A DNA stretch of 64,000 bases from an uncultured bacterium (GTDB lineage Bacteria > Hinthialibacterota > Hinthialibacteria > Hinthialibacterales > Hinthialibacteraceae), in assembly GCA_964556895.1 (NCBI GenBank), contig CAZKYC010000006.1, forward strand, positions 25,099 through 89,098, in the 5' to 3' direction. Positions 27,511 to 36,018 of this stretch are shown here, piece after piece. Each line of letters opens with the position of its first letter. Positions within the stretch are counted from its first letter, which is position 1. The notes beneath the pieces were generated by a model. That model ran no database searches. It had not been told where the DNA came from and saw only the letters and a list, made by a program, of their open reading frames with translations. The translations under genes were made by a program, and so were the position numbers.

Positions 27511-27577
27511 TTACTGTTTTCTCGGCAAGGATGCTATAATTTAGTTAAATTTAGTCGAGTAGATTGTATGCTATAAT
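27511..27577 (+). promoter_or_regulatory. Two tandem extended -10 promoters
   Basis: TGCTATAAT at 27532-27540 (with TTACTG at 27511-27516) and again at 27569-27577, upstream of the ATG at 27691. Confidence 0.55.
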
Positions 27578-27690
27578 ACGATTTTATTTCGAGGAATTGC
27601 TATATCATTTCAACGTTTGCATTCATTTGGTTTGGAAGCCTGATTGTAATGCAATGAATTGAGTAGCCTCCTAGACAGATTGCGGGAGCT

Positions 27691-28842
27691 ATGTCGACAG
27701 TGATTGCCCATGAGATCTTATATGACGAGTCGGTCTGCCAACATTTAGACCGGGTCTGCGTCGCACGCACGTCATTCGAAGAAATGACGGGCACCCCCCA
27801 CCCATGGGAAGTCATGAACGGCGCCATAAATTCCGTCCAAAATCAATTTCTTCAAATTGAAAACGATCTGAGCGCCAACCATAAAGATGGCGACTTGACT
27901 TGTGTCAAGACCGCGCAGGGCGCGTTTTGGATCAACAAAAACGGGGTTGATTCGGTTATTGATGAGCTAAACCACCATATTGGCCGGGTGTCTCGCAAAG
28001 GCCCTGTTCCTCTCTGGAATTACACGTCGATTGAACTGTTCACCCAGATTTTGGATAACCTGAAACGGCTGATCATTACCACTAGCCATGACCGGGTTGA
28101 ACTCAAGCGAATCGAAACATTGTTGAACGGAACAAGCAACTCCGTTCTTCAAGAGCTCAACAAAGCCAACACGGCGCTTGATGAATTATTGGGCAAGATC
28201 AAACAACATGCGCCTCACGTTTCGCTGGCCAGCCAGCCTGACGTGGTTTTGTATGAACGCGCCCGAATCACGTTTGACCTGCTCCAAAAACACCTCAAAA
28301 CCGAACAACAACTTGGCTATGACCGCGCGACGCTAAAACAGGCGTATGATTTACTTGAATCGCGGTGCGGGTTCAAAATCAAAAATTTCCGCCAACGAAT
28401 TCAGGCGTTCATGCTGGCGTTTCGTGATGAATTGCGTCAAAGCGAAATTCTCCAACTGTTGTTGTCTAGCCGCTGGGGACTCACACTATCATCTCTTGAG
28501 AAACCCTCAGAGTCGCTAACCGGCCTGATTCGGATTATTCGAAAAGAAACCGACTGGTTTTCGGCGTTTGTCTCTTCGCGCGATACCGAATTAGGCCCAT
28601 CCCCTTCAGCAATCCACGCTCTGGCGATGGCTGAGAAAGCTGACTATCAGTTCACTCATGGCAAGCCCAGCGAAGAAGAACTCGCGGGCCGCGCCCTGAG
28701 CGATGATGAAATTCAACAACTTCTCGCCAGCGACAAAACCGAATCAGAAAATGAGGTTGACGTTGCTGACGCGCCTTCTGGCGCATCCAAGCCAAAGAAA
28801 AGCGCCCACCGAATGGCCTTCACCTCGCGCGGCCGCCGGTAA
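27691..28842 (+). CDS. Hypothetical, mostly helical protein with basic C-terminal tail
   Basis: 383 aa; no family recognised; no signal peptide or TM helix. Confidence 0.6.
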   Translation: MSTVIAHEILYDESVCQHLDRVCVARTSFEEMTGTPHPWEVMNGAINSVQNQFLQIENDLSANHKDGDLTCVKTAQGAFWINKNGVDSVIDELNHHIGRVSRKGPVPLWNYTSIELFTQILDNLKRLIITTSHDRVELKRIETLLNGTSNSVLQELNKANTALDELLGKIKQHAPHVSLASQPDVVLYERARITFDLLQKHLKTEQQLGYDRATLKQAYDLLESRCGFKIKNFRQRIQAFMLAFRDELRQSEILQLLLSSRWGLTLSSLEKPSESLTGLIRIIRKETDWFSAFVSSRDTELGPSPSAIHALAMAEKADYQFTHGKPSEEELAGRALSDDEIQQLLASDKTESENEVDVADAPSGASKPKKSAHRMAFTSRGRR

Positions 28843-28934
28843 ATCATGCCTGCGTTTTATTTAGTCTCACCTTGGGCGAGAATTGCGCTTGTTATATACT
28901 ATGTTCATTGACCATTAATTTGAGGAAACAATTT

Positions 28935-29786
28935 ATGAACGCATTGTTTCGCGCCGTTTGGGTTTTGGTGGCGCTTCTCGTTATACAGTCGGCTTCTGTT
29001 GCGCAAGATTCTGTCATTATAGAAATTCCCGGATTGGCGGAAGGCGCCAGACCCATTGAACTTGTACGCATTCCGGCGGGGTCGTTTGTTATGGGTACCC
29101 CGCTTGACCAAAAAGAGCGTTGGCCTGAAGAGTTCCCTCCCCACGAAGTCACCATCTCAAACGATTTTTATATCGGCAAGTATGAAGTCACCCAGGCGCA
29201 GTGGTACGCCGTCGAAGACGGCAGACCGTCTCGCTATGAATTTCCGTTAGATGAAAACCATCCAGTCGAGACCGTCTCCTGGCGTAACATTGAAGATTTC
29301 TTTGAACAACTCGCAGAAGATGGGGTTGGCCCGTTTCGCCTGCCCACCGAAGCCGAGTGGGAATACGCCTGTAAAGCGGGCACGACGACTCCCTATTTTT
29401 GGGGCGAAACCAGCGGCCCGATCAGCACCTACGCTTGGTATTTCTCTAACGCGCGCGACCGCCATAAACCGGTTGGGCAAAAGTTGCCCAACCCTTGGGG
29501 GCTGTTTGATATGACGGGCAACGTGTTTGAGATTTGTTTTGACGATTGGCGCGACGGGTTTGAACGCGAGCCGCAAGTCGACCCCGTCGTTGAACGCGAT
29601 ACCCGCTTTCGTGTGATTAAAGGCGGCGGCTATAAAAGCAACGCACACCGCACCCGCCCGGGCTGGCGCTATTTTACTGAAGACACCCGTCGAAACTTTA
29701 ACTTCGGGTTTAGAGTCGCGATGGACGTCGAAAACCTGCCGTCAACCCAAATTCAAACCAGCGTATCAGACTGGCCGCTTCATTAA
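28935..29786 (+). CDS. Secreted formylglycine-generating enzyme (FGE-sulfatase/SUMF1) family protein
   Basis: Signal peptide MNALFRAVWVLVALLVIQSASVAQ after a GAGGAAA SD; RLPTEAEWEYACKAG, GNVFE, RVIKGGGY, FGFRV motifs. Confidence 0.85.
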   Translation: MNALFRAVWVLVALLVIQSASVAQDSVIIEIPGLAEGARPIELVRIPAGSFVMGTPLDQKERWPEEFPPHEVTISNDFYIGKYEVTQAQWYAVEDGRPSRYEFPLDENHPVETVSWRNIEDFFEQLAEDGVGPFRLPTEAEWEYACKAGTTTPYFWGETSGPISTYAWYFSNARDRHKPVGQKLPNPWGLFDMTGNVFEICFDDWRDGFEREPQVDPVVERDTRFRVIKGGGYKSNAHRTRPGWRYFTEDTRRNFNFGFRVAMDVENLPSTQIQTSVSDWPLH

Positions 29787-30509
29787 AAAGCCGGGCGTTT
29801 CGAGACCGTGTTTTTCCATCAATTCTTGGTTGCGGAGAATTTCACCGACCGGGCCTGACGCCTGAATGGCGCCTTCATCTAATAAGACAACACGCTCACA
29901 GGTTTCGCAGATAAGATCTAAATTATGGCTGGAGATGATTCGCGTCACTGGCAGCGAATTTACTATTTTCACCAGTTCCCGCCGCCCACGCGGGTCCAGG
30001 TCGCTCGAAGGCTCATCTAACAACAAGACATCCGGCTGCATGGCGAGAATGCCCGCGATCGCTACGCGGCGTTTTTCACCGCCTGACAAATGAAACGGTA
30101 AACGAGATTTGAACGACTCGTCTAAGCCCACTTGTTTCATTGATTCATCAACGCGTTGTTTCGCTTCTTCAATAGATAATCCCAAATTGAGCGGGCCGAA
30201 TGCGATATCTTCTTCTACGCTGGCGTGAAACACCTGGTCGTCGGTTTGTTGAAATACGATGCCGAGCTTTTGATGAACTTGTTTTCGCCCTTCAGGCGTC
30301 GACAGTTCACAGCCAGCGACAACCACGCTGCCATCGAATTGGTCGCTGACTCCAGCGAGAACTTGAAACAAGGTAGTCTTGCCGGCGCCGTTAGGCCCAA
30401 CCAAGCCCACGCGCTGACCGTGTTTGATGTGTAGATTCACTCCATTGAGCGCGGCCCGCCCATCCGGGTAACAGAAATGCAAGTCAGAAATTTCAATTAA
30501 GCAACTCAA
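29766..30509 (-). CDS. cbiO: ECF/cobalt-type ABC transporter ATP-binding protein
   Basis: Walker A GPNGAGKTT, signature LSGGEKRRV, Walker B LLLDEPS; 4-nt overlap with cbiQ. Confidence 0.85.
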   Translation of the reverse strand: MSCLIEISDLHFCYPDGRAALNGVNLHIKHGQRVGLVGPNGAGKTTLFQVLAGVSDQFDGSVVVAGCELSTPEGRKQVHQKLGIVFQQTDDQVFHASVEEDIAFGPLNLGLSIEEAKQRVDESMKQVGLDESFKSRLPFHLSGGEKRRVAIAGILAMQPDVLLLDEPSSDLDPRGRRELVKIVNSLPVTRIISSHNLDLICETCERVVLLDEGAIQASGPVGEILRNQELMEKHGLETPGFLMKRPV

Positions 30510-31270
30510 AATGCGGCTCCCAAAACCCTATTTGCATACACAAGAACAGACGCCAGAATCACGCAAACCGTGAACGCTACGACATCGCCCGTTTGGGTTT
30601 GAAAGGTATGCAGGCGCTGAATGCGGCCATCATACCCACGACACTTCATCGCATGATGGACGCGCTCGGTTCGTTCGAGGCTGCGCACGAGCGTCATGCC
30701 AATCACATTCGCCCAGGTTTGATAGACGCGCATGGTCGCCCGGTTTTCAAACGCGCGCACCGCCAGCGCACAACGAATTCGCACAAATTCCACCCACAAC
30801 GTGTGAATATATCGAAACGTCAACAAAGCGATCTGGACTAGCGTCTTGGGGCAATACAACGCTTCAATCGCCTGCAGCAGGCGGTTCATGGGGGTGGTAT
30901 AGACCAATGCAATGGAGAACGACACCACTGCCACCGCGCGAAGATAGAGCAACAAGGCGAGATTGACGCCCTCGCGGGTGGCGTAGTATCCAGGAAGAAT
31001 CTCTTGCCCAGGCGCGCTGAATGGCAACACGATAAAGCATGGAACCAGGAAAAGATGCACTGCCCCTAACCGTGTCGCTATAACGTTGACCGGCAGCCTG
31101 GCTATGGAGAGTGACGCCAATGAAACAAGCGACGCCGTTGCCGCAGCGGTTAACGAACCAACCGTCGCGCTAACGCCAGTAAGAAGAACAAATGCGGCAA
31201 ACTTCCAACGGGCGTCCCAGCGATGGATGACCGAACCAAGTTGGGCGCATTGTTCAATTCTTAGATCCAA
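30506..31270 (-). CDS. cbiQ: ECF transporter transmembrane (T) component, CbiQ family
   Basis: 254 aa, 5-6 helices, conserved C-terminal ..RSLERTERVHHAMKCRGYDG.. coupling motif. Confidence 0.8.
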   Translation of the reverse strand: MDLRIEQCAQLGSVIHRWDARWKFAAFVLLTGVSATVGSLTAAATASLVSLASLSIARLPVNVIATRLGAVHLFLVPCFIVLPFSAPGQEILPGYYATREGVNLALLLYLRAVAVVSFSIALVYTTPMNRLLQAIEALYCPKTLVQIALLTFRYIHTLWVEFVRIRCALAVRAFENRATMRVYQTWANVIGMTLVRSLERTERVHHAMKCRGYDGRIQRLHTFQTQTGDVVAFTVCVILASVLVYANRVLGAAF

Positions 31271-31832
31271 GAGCCTCTAACCGTTTCTCAATGGCTTTCA
31301 ACCGCTGGTTGGCGCGATAGGCGAACCAGGCTGATACCAAACTTGTCAAAAATATAAAGGCAATGAGAATTCTCACTGGTTGGCTCAATGGGCTTTGGGT
31401 TGATTTGGCCACTCGAACTTCGCTTTTCCCGCCTTCTTCGTTATGTTCATGGTCTTGATCATGGTCGTGGTCTTGATCGCCATGCACATGAATTCGCTGA
31501 GACATTGACGCTTTCAAAGCGTCAATGTCTTCATGAGTCACCGTAATTTCATTCTGATGGCCGCGGCCCGCAAACACACGAATAGTAAACACATCATGGC
31601 CAGGCAAGTCGGTCATGTAATGGCCATGATCATCCATCTTGCCTTGATGAAAAACGCCGCCATCAGGCGTTAACAGCGACACCTCGGCGCCAGCGGTCGG
31701 CTCATCGTCGCCCATCCAGGCTTCGATTTTGAGATGATCGTGGTCCAGCGAATAGGCGATGTCTAAACTGTGGGAATGCGCCGATGCAACAACGAATGCG
31801 ACCACGAAAAAAGTTGTGATGAATTGTTTCAT
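31254..31832 (-). CDS. Secreted His-rich protein with C-terminal membrane anchor (putative metal-binding partner of CbiQO)
   Basis: Start at M43 of the ORF (GAGG SD); signal peptide MKQFITTFFVVAFVVASAHS, beta-rich domain, HVHGDQDHDHDQDHEHNEEGG tract, one TM helix (ILIAFIFLTSLVSAWFAY); overlaps cbiQ by 17 nt. Confidence 0.6.
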   Translation of the reverse strand: MKQFITTFFVVAFVVASAHSHSLDIAYSLDHDHLKIEAWMGDDEPTAGAEVSLLTPDGGVFHQGKMDDHGHYMTDLPGHDVFTIRVFAGRGHQNEITVTHEDIDALKASMSQRIHVHGDQDHDHDQDHEHNEEGGKSEVRVAKSTQSPLSQPVRILIAFIFLTSLVSAWFAYRANQRLKAIEKRLEALGSKN

Positions 31833-32043
31833 GTCGATCCTCAACTCGTTGAAATATGGTTCGCATATAGTAATACGAAATATTAAATAATATGAAGGGA
31901 GAGACATCGCTTCAGTTACAAACAACCATATTTCATACCAGAATAGCCTTGTAAACATTGATTGCTATGCTCATTCATCCATTGAAAAAATTCAAAAAAA
32001 AATTGTTGACAATGAGATTAAATCATAGTAGCTTTTTAGTCAG

Positions 32044-32275
32044 ATGAGACAAAGCGGTTTGGTTCTCAGCGAACTCAACCAAGGTCTCAACCGGGAGGGC
32101 GACTGGTATCGCCCCATGAGGCGGCTCCCCCTGATCGGGAACACCTCGTCGCATACATCCGCCGCCAGGCGGACCATAGAAAGGTTAGGCGTTCATGATT
32201 GGAGAAACGCCGCCGGATGCGTAGCGAAGGGGCCATCCGTCCAAACCAGGTGGCTCCTTCCTCTGTGAGACCTCC
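32044..32275 (+). ncRNA. Candidate structured RNA of unknown class (strand tentative)
   Basis: GC-rich island in an AT-rich 0.9-kb intergenic region; long-range helix GGTCTCA/GGGAGGG (32083-32099) with CCTTCCT/TGAGACC (32256-32272) plus internal hairpins; G-U wobbles only work on the plus strand; TTGACA-17-TAGCTT promoter at 32006-32034. Confidence 0.3.
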
Positions 32276-32812
32276 GCGTGTTTTAAGGTTCTTCGGATAT
32301 TTGAGTACTTCCCTTGCTGGATGACCTGAAATTTGGTCAAAAAACGATATTCGTCCTATCAATAATAGACAATCTAACTCAGGCATGGGTGCAACTCTGT
32401 GAGCGCCTGTGCAACAAAGCGGAGCGGCGCCGAAGCGAGCAGAGTTGTACCCATACCAAATACGACGATAAAAAAATCTTCCTTGAGAGCGTGTCTGGAA
32501 ATTTTAATTCAATTTGTGAGAACATATCCAAATCTCGGATGATCTTGTTTTAAACCCTCTCGTTCCATTCATCAACAACCACGTTTCACACACCACTCAA
32601 CTGTTTAGACGTGACGTATTTACTGGTCGAATTAATTGCCACACCCCATTCCACCCACAACATTTCGTCCCTATAATACAAGTCGTTAATCAGCAGGCGT
32701 CAACGCCGCGAGTGAGTTGGTTTCATTCTTGTCGCCCCGCTGTCAGCCCAACATCCTGTGAGTTCACACAGCGGCACAATCTTTTTGAGTGTATATGAGG
32801 TTTTTTTTGTTT

Positions 32813-34249
32813 ATGAAACTGCCAACGATAATCCAAGGGGGCATGGGCGTCGGCGTCTCAAATTGGAATCTCGCAAAAACGGTTTCAAAGATGGGCCATC
32901 TCGGCGTAGTCTCTGGAACAGCGCTCGACTCGGTATTCGCCCGCAGGCTCCAACACGGCGACCCAGACGGCCACATCAAGAGAGCTCTCGACCACTTCCC
33001 TGTATCTGAGATCGCCCATCGAGTTTACAACAAATACTTTATTCCATGCGGCAAGGCCATCGACCAGGCGTTTAAGCGGATCCCGATGCAGTCGCTGACG
33101 CCGAGCAAGCTGCTTCAAGAGATTACGATCTGTGCGAATTTTGTCGAAGTGTTTCTCGCCAAAGAAGGCCATGACGGCAAAGTCGGTATTAACTATTTAG
33201 AAAAGATTCAAATGCCCAACTTGGCCTCAATCTATGGCGCCATGTTAGCGGGCGTTGATTATGTCTTGATGGGCGCTGGCATCCCCCGTGAAATTCCAGG
33301 GGTGTTAGACAAATACGTCACTCATGAGCCAGCCGAACTCAAAGTCAAAGTCGACAACACGGACGAATCGTACTCCATGAAGTTTGATCCGCAAACCATT
33401 GTTGGCCCTCTCACCGAATCGCTGAAACGCCCTGACTTTTTGGCGATAATCTCTTCCGCGACCTTGGCGATTACTCTCGCCAGAAAATCATCCGGCAAAG
33501 TAAACGGGTTTGTCGTTGAAGGCTATGACGCTGGCGGTCATAACGCGCCGCCGCGCGGCCAACTCAAGATCGATGATAACGGCGAACCGATATACGGTGA
33601 AAAAGATGAAATTGATCTAAATAAAATCGGCAATCTCGGTTTGCCCTTCTGGCTGGCAGGCTCGTACGGTTCGCCGGAACGGATTCAACAGGCCTTAGAT
33701 GAAGGCGCCGCTGGCGTCCAACTGGGAACGCCGTTCGCCTTTTGCCGTGAATCAGGCCTCGAAGAAGTCATGCGAACTCAAGTAATCGAAAAGATATTAA
33801 ACGACGACATCGACGTTTTGACCGATGCCAAAGCGTCTCCCACCGGTTTTCCCTTCAAAGTTGTTCAAGCCGAAGGGACGCTCGCGAAACAAGACATGTA
33901 CGAAGAACGGCCTCGAATTTGTGATTTGGGCTATCTACGAACGCCCTTCAAGAGTAAGTCGGGCGACATTGGCTATCGTTGCCCGTCCGAACCTGTTGAA
34001 GACTATGTGCGCAAAGAAGGCGACGCTGAAGTAACAAAAGGCCGTAAATGCCTCTGCAACGGCCTCTTCGCTAACATCGGCCAAAGCCAGTTACAGCGGA
34101 CCGGTTACACAGAGAAGCCTCTACTGACTTCAGGAAAAGATTTATCCGTCATCAAGCAGTTCATTCGACCGGGCCAACTGTCGTACTCGGCTGAAGATGT
34201 AATCAATGCGCTTTGCCCTAAGCCTAAAATGGAACCCGCATTGGCGTAA
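32813..34249 (+). CDS. Nitronate monooxygenase / NAD(P)H-dependent flavin oxidoreductase (NMO family)
   Basis: MKLPTIIQGGMGVGVS N-terminus, VVEGYDAGGH FMN-site motif; start taken at M9 of the ORF. Confidence 0.8.
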   Translation: MKLPTIIQGGMGVGVSNWNLAKTVSKMGHLGVVSGTALDSVFARRLQHGDPDGHIKRALDHFPVSEIAHRVYNKYFIPCGKAIDQAFKRIPMQSLTPSKLLQEITICANFVEVFLAKEGHDGKVGINYLEKIQMPNLASIYGAMLAGVDYVLMGAGIPREIPGVLDKYVTHEPAELKVKVDNTDESYSMKFDPQTIVGPLTESLKRPDFLAIISSATLAITLARKSSGKVNGFVVEGYDAGGHNAPPRGQLKIDDNGEPIYGEKDEIDLNKIGNLGLPFWLAGSYGSPERIQQALDEGAAGVQLGTPFAFCRESGLEEVMRTQVIEKILNDDIDVLTDAKASPTGFPFKVVQAEGTLAKQDMYEERPRICDLGYLRTPFKSKSGDIGYRCPSEPVEDYVRKEGDAEVTKGRKCLCNGLFANIGQSQLQRTGYTEKPLLTSGKDLSVIKQFIRPGQLSYSAEDVINALCPKPKMEPALA

Positions 34250-34276
34250 TGATTTCTTGCGTCTTACAAATTCTAT

Positions 34277-34304
34277 CAAGGCGAAGCCAATCGGCTTCGC
34301 CTTG
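34277..34304 (+). terminator. Perfect 12-bp stem-loop after the NMO gene (possible terminator)
   Basis: CAAGGCGAAGCC-AATC-GGCTTCGCCTTG; only a weak T-rich tail. Confidence 0.45.
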
Positions 34305-34378
34305 AATCGTTATAGGCCTTTCTTTTATAGTAGTTAGCAAGATGTTGTTTGTGATTTCTTCTTCGGGGAGAATCCAGC

Positions 34379-35794
34379 ATGTCAGACAGCGGCGCATTGG
34401 AGACAATGTCTTCGCGGCTTGATCAATTGTATGAATTTGATCGAGAACCCGTCAGCGAAGACAAATTACACAGCGGGGGCCGTTTCGCCGCCGTTTTTTC
34501 AGGCGAGCACGTCGCCGGTACGGAGTTTGTCATTGGCGCCTTTTTTGTTCTTCACGGCGTCAACGCGTTTGACTTGCTGGTCGGCCTCTTAATCGGCAAC
34601 CTTCTTGCTGTGCTTTCATGGACTCTGGTCTGCGCTCCCATCGCGACCCAGGTTCGGCTAACCCTCTATTGGTACCTGCGAAAAATCGCCGGGCCGGGCG
34701 TCATGGTTCTCTACAACCTCGCCAATGCGTTTTTGTATTGTATTCTTGCGGGCGCGATGATCTCAGTCGCCGCGACCGCGGTCGGCATCCCATTCAATAT
34801 TGAGATGCCCAGCCTGAGCGATGTGTACCCAAACAGCCTGGGCTGGGTGTTGGTTGTTATCGGCGTCGGCTCCGTTGTCGGTGTTGTCGCGGTCATGGGC
34901 TTCAAGCGCGTCAGCCAGTTTTCGAGCATCTGCGTCCCTTGGATGTTCATGGTGTTTATCGCCGGGGCGATTGCGGTGTTGCCGCAATTAGGCGAGATCA
35001 ACAGCGTAAGCGACTTCTGGACGATTGCGAAAACCAAAGTCTGGACAGGCGCTCCCGTCGAGGGCCAAGAACAACTAGGGATGATGCACATCATCTTTTT
35101 CGCCTGGTTTTGTAATCTCGCCATGCACATCGGCCTGTCAGACATGGCGCTGTTTCGCTATGCAAAAAATTGGACGGTAGGATTGTATTCGGCGTTGGGC
35201 ATGTACCTCGGCCATTATCTCGCCTGGATCTGTTCAGGCATCATGGTCGCCGCCTATGGACATAAAATCGAACCGGGGTTGATGGCCTATTCAGCCTGTG
35301 GGCTGGCTGGCGCTATCGCCGTAGTCATCGCGGGATGGACCACCGCCAACCCGACGATTTACCGCTCGGGGCTGGCCCTACAGATCGTCACGCCCAACTG
35401 GCCGCGCTGGGTGACAACAGTGATCGCGTTTGTCGTCGCCACCGGGCTTGCCTGCTTTCCGGGGTTTGTGATGAACCTTCTCGACTTTGTCGCGATCTAT
35501 GGCATCATCCTCATGCCGATTGGCGCCATCGTGTTCGCTGAACACTGGCTGTTCCCTCTGTTAGGTCTAGAGCAATATTGGGCCGAAGAGCGGGGCGTAC
35601 TCATCAACTGGCCCGCGTTACTCACCTGGATTAGCGTCCTTCTCGCCTGCTGGTTGCCGATGGGTTGGCTGGGCTTGCACCTGTTTTTCCGGTGGCTGCC
35701 CGGATACATCCTTGCGTTAGGGCTTTATATTGTATTGTGTATGATTTGGGGCGTTGGTCAAAAACCAGCCGCTTCAACAGGAGGAGCGTCATGA
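34379..35794 (+). CDS. Polytopic permease, NCS1/cytosine-purine permease-like
   Basis: 471 aa, about 12 helices; N-terminal SGEHVAGTEFVIGAFFVLHGV pattern reminiscent of NCS1/CytX-type carriers (recollection only). Confidence 0.6.
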   Translation: MSDSGALETMSSRLDQLYEFDREPVSEDKLHSGGRFAAVFSGEHVAGTEFVIGAFFVLHGVNAFDLLVGLLIGNLLAVLSWTLVCAPIATQVRLTLYWYLRKIAGPGVMVLYNLANAFLYCILAGAMISVAATAVGIPFNIEMPSLSDVYPNSLGWVLVVIGVGSVVGVVAVMGFKRVSQFSSICVPWMFMVFIAGAIAVLPQLGEINSVSDFWTIAKTKVWTGAPVEGQEQLGMMHIIFFAWFCNLAMHIGLSDMALFRYAKNWTVGLYSALGMYLGHYLAWICSGIMVAAYGHKIEPGLMAYSACGLAGAIAVVIAGWTTANPTIYRSGLALQIVTPNWPRWVTTVIAFVVATGLACFPGFVMNLLDFVAIYGIILMPIGAIVFAEHWLFPLLGLEQYWAEERGVLINWPALLTWISVLLACWLPMGWLGLHLFFRWLPGYILALGLYIVLCMIWGVGQKPAASTGGAS

Positions 35795-36018
35795 GAGCGG
35801 TCTGTGGATCGGTAGCGGTCGCCGCAATTCTGGTTTGTATCATCAGCCCTTTGCGTGTGTTTTTCGGGATGCCGAGCGGCGACTATGAACAAGATTTTAG
35901 TTCATTCAAAACGCTATTTAACGGGGCGACATTGCTCTGGTTTTTGAGCGCGCCCTATTGGATGGCGCCCGACTTGTTTACCCCAAAACCAAACGATGAG
36001 GACAATTCGGAATCATGA
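35791..36018 (+). CDS. Small membrane protein (75 aa), translationally coupled on both sides
   Basis: ATGA overlap with the permease stop (35791-35794) and with the isomerase start (36015-36018); two hydrophobic segments. Confidence 0.5.
   Translation: MRAVCGSVAVAAILVCIISPLRVFFGMPSGDYEQDFSSFKTLFNGATLLWFLSAPYWMAPDLFTPKPNDEDNSES

Noticed and set aside
32040-32300. Cobalamin riboswitch upstream of the cbiQO operon (minus strand)
   Set aside because: The context fits and a GAGACCT string resembles part of the B12 box. However, I could not find the core GGGAA...GGTG.AA.TCC, GCCACTG or AGCCAGGAGACCTGCC motifs. The wobble pairs in the closing helix favour the plus strand. A separate promoter-like region lies between the element and the operon. 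A covariance-model scan would settle it.
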